A stretch of 17,708 nucleotides of DNA from an uncultured Bacteriovoracaceae bacterium. Lineage in GTDB: Bacteria > Bdellovibrionota > Bacteriovoracia > Bacteriovoracales > Bacteriovoracaceae. Below the pieces are notes generated by a model that worked only from the letters and a program-made list of their open reading frames with translations, had not been told where the DNA came from and made no database searches. Where the stretch lies: assembly GCA_964012805.1 (NCBI GenBank), contig CAXGUD010000066.1, positions 1 to 17,708 of the forward strand, written 5' to 3'. Below are positions 1-8,354 of the stretch, piece after piece (position 1 is the first letter of the stretch; each line of letters opens with the position of its first letter). A program made the translations under genes and the position numbers.

Positions 1-2306
1 CTCCAACAGGAGTAAGTCTTAGTTCGCCCACAAGCTCTCCAGGTCTTGATAAGAATCCGTCACTAACTGTTGCAGGAATAACTCCAGGTCATACGGCTTA
101 CCTCTATACCGGATCGAACTGCGCAAATCTTGTCGGAAATACCACCCTAGCGAGTGGTTCTAGTGATAGTTCGGTGATAATTACCTCAAGCGACCTTGCA
201 ACAGGCGCCCACACTTTCTATGCGAAGGCCAAAAACCCTCAAGGATATTATTCAGCTTGCTCAAGCGCTAGTGTAAGCTATGAAGTCTTAGCAGAAGCTG
301 AAATCACGAGTGGCATTACCTCAACCTCTCAGATATCAATTTACGAGAGTAATTCAGCACTATACGGTCCTCAAAACGCCATTGATGGAGATACTTCTAC
401 TTATTCTCATTCTGACCAAGATACAACTTCTGATACAAAACATTGGTTTACAGTAGACTTTGGTCTAGACCAACAAATTTCAAAAATAAAAATTTACAAC
501 AGAACGGATTGCTGTAAATCCCGCTTAAGAGACATCGATGTCACAATCCATAACTCAAGTGGCACAGTTGTCTATCAATACTCACTGGCCACTTTTGGAA
601 ATGGATACTTAAACCCTAATAATGTCTACAACGGAACAGATTATAGTCCTCAAAACTCTGGAAACAGTATACATCTTGGCCCAGACATCATTACTCTTAA
701 TCTACTAAGTAGCATTCCAAATGGAGCAGGGGCCCCTGTTACGGGTAGTAAAATAACGATCACCCGTAACCTTGATCCCAATTACGTGGCCAATTACACG
801 AACTGGCCTGCTGAAAGAAATAATTTGACCATCAGTGAGCTCAAAGTCTACGGGATTGCCAACGTTACCCCTTCAGTACCCTCAGGACTTGCCATTTCCT
901 CACCTACGACGTCAACGGGACTTGAACAAAATATTGTCCTCACTGTAAGCGGTGTGAGTCAAGGTGATACAGTGAAAGTCTTTTCAGATAGTAGTTGCTC
1001 TCAATCAAACTTAAAAGGGTCTGGAACGGCCTCTTCCTCAAATACAGCGAGTGTCAATGTTTCAAACTTGACGGATGGAAGCTATACTTTTTATGCGACA
1101 GCGACTAATTCAAACAATAATGCCTCGGCTTGTTCCTCAGCTTCGGTTAGCTACCACAAAGTTTCCTGGAATAACTTTGGTTCCCAGTCTTGGACAACGA
1201 TATGGAATGCTGCTGAAACATCTATTCTTAATACAGCTTCGCTGGGAGCTAGTGGTGCCGCTACCATAACTAAGATTGGGGACACCTTTAGTACTTCCGC
1301 CACGAAGTGGGCCGGTGGAGTTCTTGCCACTAATGGAAAAATTTACGGCATTCCTTGGGATGAATGGAAGGTTTTGGAAATTGACCCGGCCACCGGTACA
1401 GCGTCTAAGATGGATCACGCGAATATTACGGGGGGTGATAAGTGGATGGGAGGAGTCCTGGCCCCTACAGGCATCATCTATGGTATTCCTCACAGCTCGT
1501 CAAAAATTTTAAGAATTATTCCAGCTTCGGGCGCGGTCTCAACCATAGACATGACTGATTCATCAACAAGTGCATACCTTGCCAACGCTACAGATACAGC
1601 GAAGTATAGTTCGGGGATTTTGGCACCTAATGGAAAAATTTACGGCATTCCCTACTCTGCGACAAACGTTTTAGTTTTAAATTCCATCACAGAGGCAGTT
1701 TCCACCATTTCCAATACAAATGATATTTTAACAGGGACAAGGAAGTGGAAGGGTGGGGTTGTTGCCCCTAACGGAAAAATTTATTGCTTTCCCTATGATT
1801 CAGAAAATATCCTCGTTATTGACACTAGCAATGACACTCTTTCAACAATTGATGTTACAAGCACTGCTGGATCTGCCAATAAAAAATATGGAAGAGGAGT
1901 CATGGGCCCTAGCGGAAAAATTTATGTTATGCCAGAAAATAACACCCATATTCTTGTTATTGATACAACAAATGACTCTGTTTCAACACTTGGTTCAAAC
2001 CTTAGCGGTACTTACTCTGGAGGAGTTTTCGCACCCAATGGAAAAATCTACTCTATCCCTAGGACTGCAGAGAACATTCTTGAAATTGATGTTACCAACC
2101 AAACCGTTACCACCCTCCTTTCAGGTGACTCTGATTTAACTCTTTCAAACAGCATGACCATTAAATGGGAAGGAGGAATCCTTGCCACCAACGGTAAGAT
2201 ATACACTATTCCTTATAAAGCTGACCGAGTCCTTGAAATTGATCCCAAAGCTAATGGAGACTTCAACTCAAATATTCCACTTTCACCTGTATTCAATAAA
2301 TACTAA
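1..2306 (+). CDS. Large modular surface/adhesin-like protein, 5'-truncated by the window: Cys-paired Ig-like repeats + F-type (fucolectin/discoidin-fold) lectin domain + C-terminal 7-bladed beta-propeller
   Basis: The frame is open from position 3 (PTGVSLSSPTSSPGLDKNPSLTVAG...), so the 174 GTG is not the true start. Two homologous ~95-aa repeats (3-287, 870-1163) both end in TFYA...SACSSASVSY. The AIDG..H..W..VD...I.IYNRTDCCKSRL motif lies at ~324-854. Seven K[WY]xGGVLAPNGKIYxIP repeats span 1305-2246. Ser/Thr-rich. Stop TAA at 2304-2306. Confidence 0.85.
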   Translation, partial: PTGVSLSSPTSSPGLDKNPSLTVAGITPGHTAYLYTGSNCANLVGNTTLASGSSDSSVIITSSDLATGAHTFYAKAKNPQGYYSACSSASVSYEVLAEAEITSGITSTSQISIYESNSALYGPQNAIDGDTSTYSHSDQDTTSDTKHWFTVDFGLDQQISKIKIYNRTDCCKSRLRDIDVTIHNSSGTVVYQYSLATFGNGYLNPNNVYNGTDYSPQNSGNSIHLGPDIITLNLLSSIPNGAGAPVTGSKITITRNLDPNYVANYTNWPAERNNLTISELKVYGIANVTPSVPSGLAISSPTTSTGLEQNIVLTVSGVSQGDTVKVFSDSSCSQSNLKGSGTASSSNTASVNVSNLTDGSYTFYATATNSNNNASACSSASVSYHKVSWNNFGSQSWTTIWNAAETSILNTASLGASGAATITKIGDTFSTSATKWAGGVLATNGKIYGIPWDEWKVLEIDPATGTASKMDHANITGGDKWMGGVLAPTGIIYGIPHSSSKILRIIPASGAVSTIDMTDSSTSAYLANATDTAKYSSGILAPNGKIYGIPYSATNVLVLNSITEAVSTISNTNDILTGTRKWKGGVVAPNGKIYCFPYDSENILVIDTSNDTLSTIDVTSTAGSANKKYGRGVMGPSGKIYVMPENNTHILVIDTTNDSVSTLGSNLSGTYSGGVFAPNGKIYSIPRTAENILEIDVTNQTVTTLLSGDSDLTLSNSMTIKWEGGILATNGKIYTIPYKADRVLEIDPKANGDFNSNIPLSPVFNKY

Positions 2307-2371
2307 ATTTAAACTTCTTTGATTCTTAAATGGCTAAATTGTATTTTTTAAAATGAAGAGAGAAGTCTCAT

Positions 2372-5221
2372 TTAAGCCACTCTATTTTTATGAAAGACTA
2401 AAGGTGGTATGTTGAGGGTTATGGTTGTTCCCTTATTCAACTCCGAATCGAGGATAACAAAGCCTCCTAAAGATTCAATATTTTTTTTGACAACGTCCAT
2501 TCCCACACCACGCCCCGAATACTCAGTCGTAATTTTTTTAGTTGAAAAACCTGCTTCCATAACAAGGGCCAGTTTTTCATTCTTTTTCAGGCCAAGAGAT
2601 TCTTTCCTGCTAACAACCCCCTTTTCTATGGCCTTTTCAAGAATGATATCAGGATCCATCCCTTTTCCAGTATCAGTCACCTTGATACTAATATTTTCGT
2701 TCTTATTTTCATTTTTTATATCAATACTAATTTCCCCTTCTTTTTCAATTCCATGGTCGCAGGCATTTTGAATTATGTGCAAAATAGAATCCTTTAACAC
2801 AGATAATTCTTTAAATCCTAGAAAGACTTCATCGCCATCCACACTCAATTGAATTTTTTTATCAAGGGAAATAGATATTTTATCGACTACTTTTTTAAAA
2901 GACATCAAGGCCTCTTTAAATTCTTCGTTTTTAAGACCTTTTATCCTTTCTAGAAGTTCAAATTCTTTATTTAAGGTAAGCTTTTCGGTTAGATTTGCCA
3001 TGACTTCTTCAAAGCGGTTTTTAGGCAATTTAATAAAGTCTTCACCTCCATTCATTTCCTTTCCTGAAACATCTTCTCCATAGACTTCTTTTATTAAAGA
3101 TATATAGCCCTCTATTTCAGTACCTAAAGTATCATTAACTTTCTTTAAAACTTCTAGGGCTTCTTTTGTAACCGATTGATCTTTTTGAAAAGGAATAACC
3201 TTATTTTCCAAAAGGTGAATTTCACTTGATAACCCTGAAAGGCCATAGGCCCTGGAACCGCCTTTAAGAGTATGTAAAGGCCTGAAAAAAGCATTTAAAT
3301 CTTTATCCTTTAGCGCTTTTTTAATTTCGCCCATATGATAGTTCATTTCACCTATAAAAGTGCTTAGATCCTTTTTGCCATTGGAAACGATTTCCTGAAG
3401 CCTTTTAACTTTAATGAGGGACTTAGCCTCTTGCTCTTTGGCCTCTTTTTCCTTTTTTTCTAATTCAGATACATCCTCAACAACGAGCATGATTTTAGTA
3501 ATTTGATTTGAATCATCTAAAATTGGTGCATAAATGATTTTAAGAGAAAGAACATGATCATTTTCTTTGGTAAGGTTTATCTTTTTTGGAAGTTGATCAC
3601 CCATAAGTTGAAATTGAAAATCGTCTGCTCCTACACACACGTTTAAAGCAAACTTAAAGCCACTAATGAACTCTTCTCTTTGATCATAATCTTTAAACAA
3701 AGTGTTAAAAACATTTAGCCCTTCAATAGACTCTCCAAAAAGTTCATGACTAAATTTCGAAACTGGTGGAATTATAATTCCTTCTTTATTTACCGAAAAA
3801 ACAGACTGTTTCATATTGTCTAAAAGGTTAGACACTTCTTTTTCAGAGGCCAAAGCTCGATTTTTTTGATCTACAGCTTCTTTTGTTTGAACCCGAACCT
3901 CATCAAACAAATTTTGGCTTAATCTTTCCGCAGTTCTATAAGCAATTGAAAACTTTTTAGAAAGGACAGAACTTTGAATAAAAACGAAAATGGTGCAAGT
4001 GATAGGAAAGAATTCTGGAGGTGGTAAAATATGCTGTGTGACTAAAATAGATTGGATTCCACCAATAAGGATAGTAATGAAGGATAGTAAAAATGCCATG
4101 GAGTATTCTGTTTTTTTAAACGTCTCACGAATAGCTACGTAAATTGTTATTAAAATGCTAAAGGTGCACTGTACCCACATAAGAGGGAGAACTATGGAAA
4201 ATGTAATGGGCTCTGTTAAAATAATAAAGATCGTTGCCAGAAGAGAGGACAAGAGGTTTATTTTAAGAAGGTCTTTAGGCATATGAGAGGGAAACAAATT
4301 CTGGGTATAACCAATAATTGCCGGAATTGCACAAAAAACAGTAATAAATTCAAGCCTCCTATTAAAAAGAAACTGAAGGTTTCCCGAATTTTCTATAAAA
4401 TTATCAAGGTAAGAATTGTTAAAAAATAACCTTGCCCCTAGGGAGATTAAGAAAATGCTAAAATATAAGCTCACGTAATCTTCATGCCTTTGGTTAAATA
4501 AAGTAAGGTGATAAAGACCCATGATTATAAAAATACCTATGAGAAAAAACTGAATCGTTTCTTCATTTCTAATTAACGACCCTATATCTTCCTCCAAACC
4601 TAAAAACATTCCGTCTCTAAGTCCACCTCCCCTATGGCGGTAATTACTAGAATTGATGAGAATATAAAAACTATCCTTTCCGTTTGAAGGAGAGATAAAA
4701 TGATTTTTCCAAGTCCCATGCTTGGCAACGGATGACTTTTTTGTCATCCCAACTTTACCCATTCCGCCCATACTTTGAATACTTTTACCACTGATAGCAA
4801 AAACTTCGTAACTAGAAAAAAACCTCTTTATGGCCATGCCCATTTTACTTTTATTAGGGACCCCTTTAACTTTTAAGAGAAAACTTCCATACCCTTTAGG
4901 ACCTAATTTTTTTTGAGGATTACGAGGATCTTCAATTTCATTCCAGACGCCTGGAAACTTTATAGTGGTTTTTGTTTTAAAAAGATTATCTAGGTTATCC
5001 TTTGAAGGGTTTATAATCTTATTGGGGAAAAACTTCCATTCGCCGCGGACTTCAATTTTTCCATTTTTATTTAAATCCCATGAAGATAAATCAAGGACGC
5101 CTTTTTTGGCGGTTGGTAATTGAACTCCAAACACTTTTATAGAACAAAATACAAAAAGAAGAACAAAATATTTTTTCAATTTTTTAGCTCGCTCCACCCT
5201 ATTGGAAAAACACCTATTCAC
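2372..5221 (-). CDS. Membrane-bound CheA-like histidine kinase: signal peptide, extracellular 7TM-DISM-associated (sugar-binding-like) domain, 7TMR-DISM TM bundle, PAS-like region, HPt, CheA-type HATPase_c; no CheW domain
   Basis: KKGVLDLSSWD..GEWKF..GYGSF..NYRHRGGG is typical of 7TM-DISM extracellular modules, followed by GLYHL and seven hydrophobic segments. HPt motif FRPLHTLKG (His codon 3272-3274). CheA-type ATPase boxes HIIQNACDHGIE, DTGKGM, GFSTK..SGRGVGMDVVK, GTTITL. The true start may be TTG at 5179 (LKKYFVLL..., GGAG upstream). Confidence 0.85.
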   Translation of the reverse strand: MNRCFSNRVERAKKLKKYFVLLFVFCSIKVFGVQLPTAKKGVLDLSSWDLNKNGKIEVRGEWKFFPNKIINPSKDNLDNLFKTKTTIKFPGVWNEIEDPRNPQKKLGPKGYGSFLLKVKGVPNKSKMGMAIKRFFSSYEVFAISGKSIQSMGGMGKVGMTKKSSVAKHGTWKNHFISPSNGKDSFYILINSSNYRHRGGGLRDGMFLGLEEDIGSLIRNEETIQFFLIGIFIIMGLYHLTLFNQRHEDYVSLYFSIFLISLGARLFFNNSYLDNFIENSGNLQFLFNRRLEFITVFCAIPAIIGYTQNLFPSHMPKDLLKINLLSSLLATIFIILTEPITFSIVLPLMWVQCTFSILITIYVAIRETFKKTEYSMAFLLSFITILIGGIQSILVTQHILPPPEFFPITCTIFVFIQSSVLSKKFSIAYRTAERLSQNLFDEVRVQTKEAVDQKNRALASEKEVSNLLDNMKQSVFSVNKEGIIIPPVSKFSHELFGESIEGLNVFNTLFKDYDQREEFISGFKFALNVCVGADDFQFQLMGDQLPKKINLTKENDHVLSLKIIYAPILDDSNQITKIMLVVEDVSELEKKEKEAKEQEAKSLIKVKRLQEIVSNGKKDLSTFIGEMNYHMGEIKKALKDKDLNAFFRPLHTLKGGSRAYGLSGLSSEIHLLENKVIPFQKDQSVTKEALEVLKKVNDTLGTEIEGYISLIKEVYGEDVSGKEMNGGEDFIKLPKNRFEEVMANLTEKLTLNKEFELLERIKGLKNEEFKEALMSFKKVVDKISISLDKKIQLSVDGDEVFLGFKELSVLKDSILHIIQNACDHGIEKEGEISIDIKNENKNENISIKVTDTGKGMDPDIILEKAIEKGVVSRKESLGLKKNEKLALVMEAGFSTKKITTEYSGRGVGMDVVKKNIESLGGFVILDSELNKGTTITLNIPPLVFHKNRVA

Positions 5222-5249
5222 TTTTTTAGATTCTTATAAATATAGATAT

Positions 5250-5277
5250 TTATCGGACTTTTTTTATCCAGTTATTA
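5250..5277 (-). promoter_or_regulatory. Putative sigma-28 (FliA)-type promoter for the CheA-like kinase
   Basis: Minus strand reads CTAATAACT-GGATAAAAAAAG-TCCGATAA. TCCGATAA (5250-5257) is a 7/8 match to the FliA -10 element GCCGATAA; the -35 match is only partial. Confidence 0.4.
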
Positions 5278-5423
5278 GCACCTTTTTCGTTATATTTTGA
5301 TACTCCCCTTGTCTTTCTTAGCCATAAAAGGGCGTTTTAAATAAAAGTTAATTGAAATAAAATAAATTTATAAAAGGCTAAAATTTAATTTCAAAAAAAA
5401 CGAAGGTAAGGTGGCGATAAAAT

Positions 5424-5888
5424 ATGAAAAAAACGGCGCGAGAGAAACTTGAAGTTGATAATGACCTCCCTAAAATTAAAAAGGCCCCTCCCAACTGGGG
5501 AGGAGGTAAAATGGTTATCGCCCACCCAACAGAATTCGATGCCCTCTTAAAAAAGGTTAGAAAAGGAAAACTCATCACCCTCGACCAAGTAAGAGATTTT
5601 ATGGCCAAAAAACATAAGGCGGACATCTGTTGCCCTATGACGGCGGGTATTTTCATCAATATCTCGGCCCACGCGGCTGAAGAAGACCTTTTAGACGGGA
5701 AAGGGAGGATCACTCCCTATTGGCGCTATTTAAAAAGCAAGGGGGAGCTCAATGAAAAGTTTCCTGGTGGAATTAAGGCCCATAAAAAAAAGCTTGAAGA
5801 AGAAGGCCACAAGGTCGTCCAAAAAGGGAAGCGTTTTTTTGTTTTTGAATTTGAAAAAAGGCTTGTGAAAGAAACATCACTCAAATAA
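5424..5888 (+). CDS. MGMT/alkyltransferase-like (ATL) DNA-binding protein
   Basis: V..GKLIT...R....CPMTAGIF....TPYWR...GELNEKFPGG..H...LEEEG pattern of the O6-alkylguanine DNA-binding fold. PYWR replaces the PCHR active-site motif. AAGGT SD-like sequence upstream. Confidence 0.75.
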   Translation: MKKTAREKLEVDNDLPKIKKAPPNWGGGKMVIAHPTEFDALLKKVRKGKLITLDQVRDFMAKKHKADICCPMTAGIFINISAHAAEEDLLDGKGRITPYWRYLKSKGELNEKFPGGIKAHKKKLEEEGHKVVQKGKRFFVFEFEKRLVKETSLK

Positions 5889-5934
5889 AAACGCACCGCA
5901 GTGTCCTTGCCCCAAAAGTATAGGACTTCCTTAG

Positions 5935-5950
5935 GTAAAAGAATTGTAAA
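5935..5950 (+). promoter_or_regulatory. Direct-repeat operator candidate (GTAAA-N6-GTAAA) upstream of desaturase 1
   Basis: GTAAAAGAATTGTAAA, identical to the reverse complement of 12337-12352 upstream of desaturase 2. The 11-bp period is typical of OmpR/PhoB-family sites. Confidence 0.65.
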
Positions 5951-6048
5951 AGGAATCAAAACCCCCTTATCTACTCATTTCCGTAGGGTTAAGTTTTTTA
6001 AAGTAGAACTTTATTTTATTACCCTGCTCATTAACTTTGGATGATTCA

Positions 6049-6945
6049 ATGGAAGCCACAACGACTCTTGTACCGGAAGACAAGTCCAAGATAGACCTAC
6101 AGGAAAAGAGAATGGCCATGGCCTATTTTTTGGTCATGACCTCATTCCACTTGGCATGCTTACTTGCTTTTTATACCGGTTTTAGCTGGACGGCCTTTAC
6201 AATCTTCATTCTCAGTTACTCCATGAAAGCTTTAGGAATAACGACTGGTTTTCACCGCTACTTTTCCCATCGTTCCTTCAAAACAAACAGAGTCTTTCAA
6301 TTCATATTAGGGCTCTTAGGGACGACAGCGGTTCAAGGAGGCGTTTTATGGTGGTCTTCCCATCATAGGTCTCATCACAGACACTCTGATAAAGAAAAAG
6401 ATATTCATTCCCCTGTTACCCACAGCTTTTTTCACTCTCACTTAGGGTGGATGTGGTCAAAAGAATGTTTTCAAAAAGCTGAAATTCCTTGCAAGGACTT
6501 TGCTAAATTTAAAGAAATAAAATTTTTAAATAAGTTTTACGGGCCACTTATCATTTTGCAAGCATTGGGGTTTTACTCTCTCGGTGAAGTTCTCAATCTC
6601 TTTTACCCACAACTTGGTACCTCTGGGTTTCAGATCCTAATTTGGGGCTTTTTTATGGCCACCGTATGGACCTGGCATGTAACCTTCTCTATCAACTCCA
6701 TTTGCCATAGGTTTGGAACAAAAAGATACGACTCAAACGATGAATCCCGCAATAATTGGCTTTTTGGAATTTTGGCCTTCGGTGAAGGGTGGCACAATAA
6801 TCATCATAAATATGGATGGTCAGCAAGAAATGGCATGAAGTGGTGGCAAATCGATGTGACTTACTACATTCTTGTCACCTTATCATTTTTGGGGGTTGTC
6901 TCTGACTTGAAAGTTCCAACAAAAGAACAGCTTCAAGCAGACTAA
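6049..6945 (+). CDS. Acyl-CoA/acyl-lipid Delta-9-type fatty acid desaturase (desaturase 1)
   Basis: Three His boxes HRYFSH, HRSHH(RHSD) and HNNHH; INSICH, FGEGWHNNHH and W.IDVTY motifs; four hydrophobic spans. ATG 6049 is preferred over the ORF-track TTG at 6037. Confidence 0.93.
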   Translation: MEATTTLVPEDKSKIDLQEKRMAMAYFLVMTSFHLACLLAFYTGFSWTAFTIFILSYSMKALGITTGFHRYFSHRSFKTNRVFQFILGLLGTTAVQGGVLWWSSHHRSHHRHSDKEKDIHSPVTHSFFHSHLGWMWSKECFQKAEIPCKDFAKFKEIKFLNKFYGPLIILQALGFYSLGEVLNLFYPQLGTSGFQILIWGFFMATVWTWHVTFSINSICHRFGTKRYDSNDESRNNWLFGILAFGEGWHNNHHKYGWSARNGMKWWQIDVTYYILVTLSFLGVVSDLKVPTKEQLQAD

Positions 6946-7009
6946 AAGACTAAAATCCCACCCCCAACCCCATATAAGACCTTAACTCACTTTATCTTTA
7001 CTAAATCAT

Positions 7010-7321
7010 TTAATAATTTCCTTGAAATTGCTCCAGGGCTTCAAAGGTTTTTTGAAGCCTATCTTTATAAAACTGATCCTCTTCCTCCTCAAATTGTATT
7101 GAAGCGGGAAGGCGACCTTTTGTTACTTCTTTAGGAAACAAAGGATCTTCTTTTTCATATTGAAAAGGAGGCATGAGGTCTTGAAGCTTTAAAACGCGGT
7201 TATTTAAAGTGATGTCCCGCTTTCCTTTACCATAGGCTTTACTTAAAGACAGGGAAGACGAGCCCACTAGGAGGACGAAAGTAAACAAAAGAAAAACTGT
7301 TGATAAGAAACCACCTTTCAT
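7010..7321 (-). CDS. Small secreted/N-anchored hypothetical protein with R-x-P-A-S motif
   Basis: ATG start, hydrophobic N-terminal signal (FLSTVFLLFTFVLLVGSS), GRLPAS at ~7100-7117, acidic C-terminal part. Confidence 0.65.
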   Translation of the reverse strand: MKGGFLSTVFLLFTFVLLVGSSSLSLSKAYGKGKRDITLNNRVLKLQDLMPPFQYEKEDPLFPKEVTKGRLPASIQFEEEEDQFYKDRLQKTFEALEQFQGNY

Positions 7322-7381
7322 AACACCATTATATAAAAGGGAGGTCTTATTTTTAGTTTTTTTTCTCTTTTTTTTATAAGC

Positions 7382-7756
7382 CTAAAGAATCGCAATAAAT
7401 CCTTCAGCTTTCAAAGCTTTAATCGTATTCCCTAAATCAATTTTGTAAAATGCTTTAAACTTTTCAGGGTTGTTGTAATAAACCTTATTTAAGCATGTAT
7501 CAAGAGTCCCACGATCAACAGCTGCGGCGGCTTCACATTTAATTTTATTTAAAAAGTTTTCGCCCGTTTTCATTTTTCTCATAACACCTAAGGCCGCTAC
7601 TTTTTCTTTTTCCCCGTTAATATGAATCTCTCCCGCTATAATTTGTTCAAAAATTGAGAGTCTGAAGTTTTCATAGGGATCTTTTTTTTCAAAAGTGAAT
7701 CCAGTATTTCCAAAACATAAAAAAATAAAACAAATAACACCAAGACATCTTTTCAT
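7382..7756 (-). CDS. Secreted hypothetical protein (~124 aa)
   Basis: A strong SD (AAGGAGGAG) just upstream of ATG 7756 favours this start over 7804. Signal-peptide-like N-terminus MKRCLGVICFIFLCFG; one Cys pair in the mature part. Confidence 0.7.
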   Translation of the reverse strand: MKRCLGVICFIFLCFGNTGFTFEKKDPYENFRLSIFEQIIAGEIHINGEKEKVAALGVMRKMKTGENFLNKIKCEAAAAVDRGTLDTCLNKVYYNNPEKFKAFYKIDLGNTIKALKAEGFIAIL

Positions 7757-7800
7757 AACACTCCTCCTTAACTTCCCCAAATCACCCAGGCAACGCTCTT

Positions 7801-8022
7801 TCACCAGACTTCTTTTTGGGTAACAATATTATCTGTCAATTGAAAAGAACCTTCATAAGCTCCTGCCTTCATCATAAAAGCCGTACAAAACAAGACAGCA
7901 ACCCAAACTATGGTCATTTTCAAACTCCCCCCCACAACTTTCAGAGGAAGAAAATCAATGGCCTTCTTAATGAATGGATTGTTGAATAATGGCTCAAAAT
8001 GAAAACTTAACTTCTTTTTCAC
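7801..8022 (-). CDS. Small single-pass membrane hypothetical protein (73 aa)
   Basis: GTG start with GAAAGG upstream; one hydrophobic segment (TIVWVAVLFCTAFMM); co-oriented with the two downstream small genes. Confidence 0.5.
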   Translation of the reverse strand: MKKKLSFHFEPLFNNPFIKKAIDFLPLKVVGGSLKMTIVWVAVLFCTAFMMKAGAYEGSFQLTDNIVTQKEVW

Positions 8023-8354
8023 AATCGGGTACCTTTCAACTAAGAGGGCCCATCCCTCTTATTCCTTTTTTTGGTGGACCTAATTTTTATTGACCTAATG
8101 TTTCTTTGGTCCCTCAAAATTCTTTTTTACACCTTTCTCCTTAAACAAAGGTTATTGCGTTAAATCCCAATTATGAATAATTCTTTAAAGTTTAAGAGAA
8201 ATTTAGTTTAAATTAAAAAATTTTATTTAATTTCTTTGTTTAAATCACAATTTTGGGGCCTTAAAAGATTTTATTGAAAAGGAAGTCTTAAGGTTACTCA
8301 ATAAAAGCTGTTGAATTTGACCTAATTTTAGGGCAGTACTTTAGAATTTCCTAC

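Noticed and set aside
1075..2139. Alternative-frame/antisense ORFs 1075-1269, 1137-1493, 1276-1512, 1753-2139
   Set aside because: They lie entirely inside the well-supported surface-protein gene; their apparent repeats are shadows of the propeller repeats.
1305..2246. Possible DNA repeat array/CRISPR or DGR-like template-variable repeats (AATGGAAAAATTTACGGCATTCC occurs twice)
   Set aside because: The repeats are in-frame coding blades with synonymous divergence and irregular spacing; no cas or reverse-transcriptase gene is in the window.
2409..5959. Antisense ORFs 2409-2771, 5378-5713, 5726-5959
   Set aside because: They are shadow ORFs opposite genes with clear family motifs and have no recognisable features.
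7757..7804. N-terminal extension MKERCLG... echoing MKRCLG in the ORF-track call 7382-7804
   Set aside because: A strong SD supports the 7756 start; the DNA similarity between the two segments is low, so the echo is probably coincidental.
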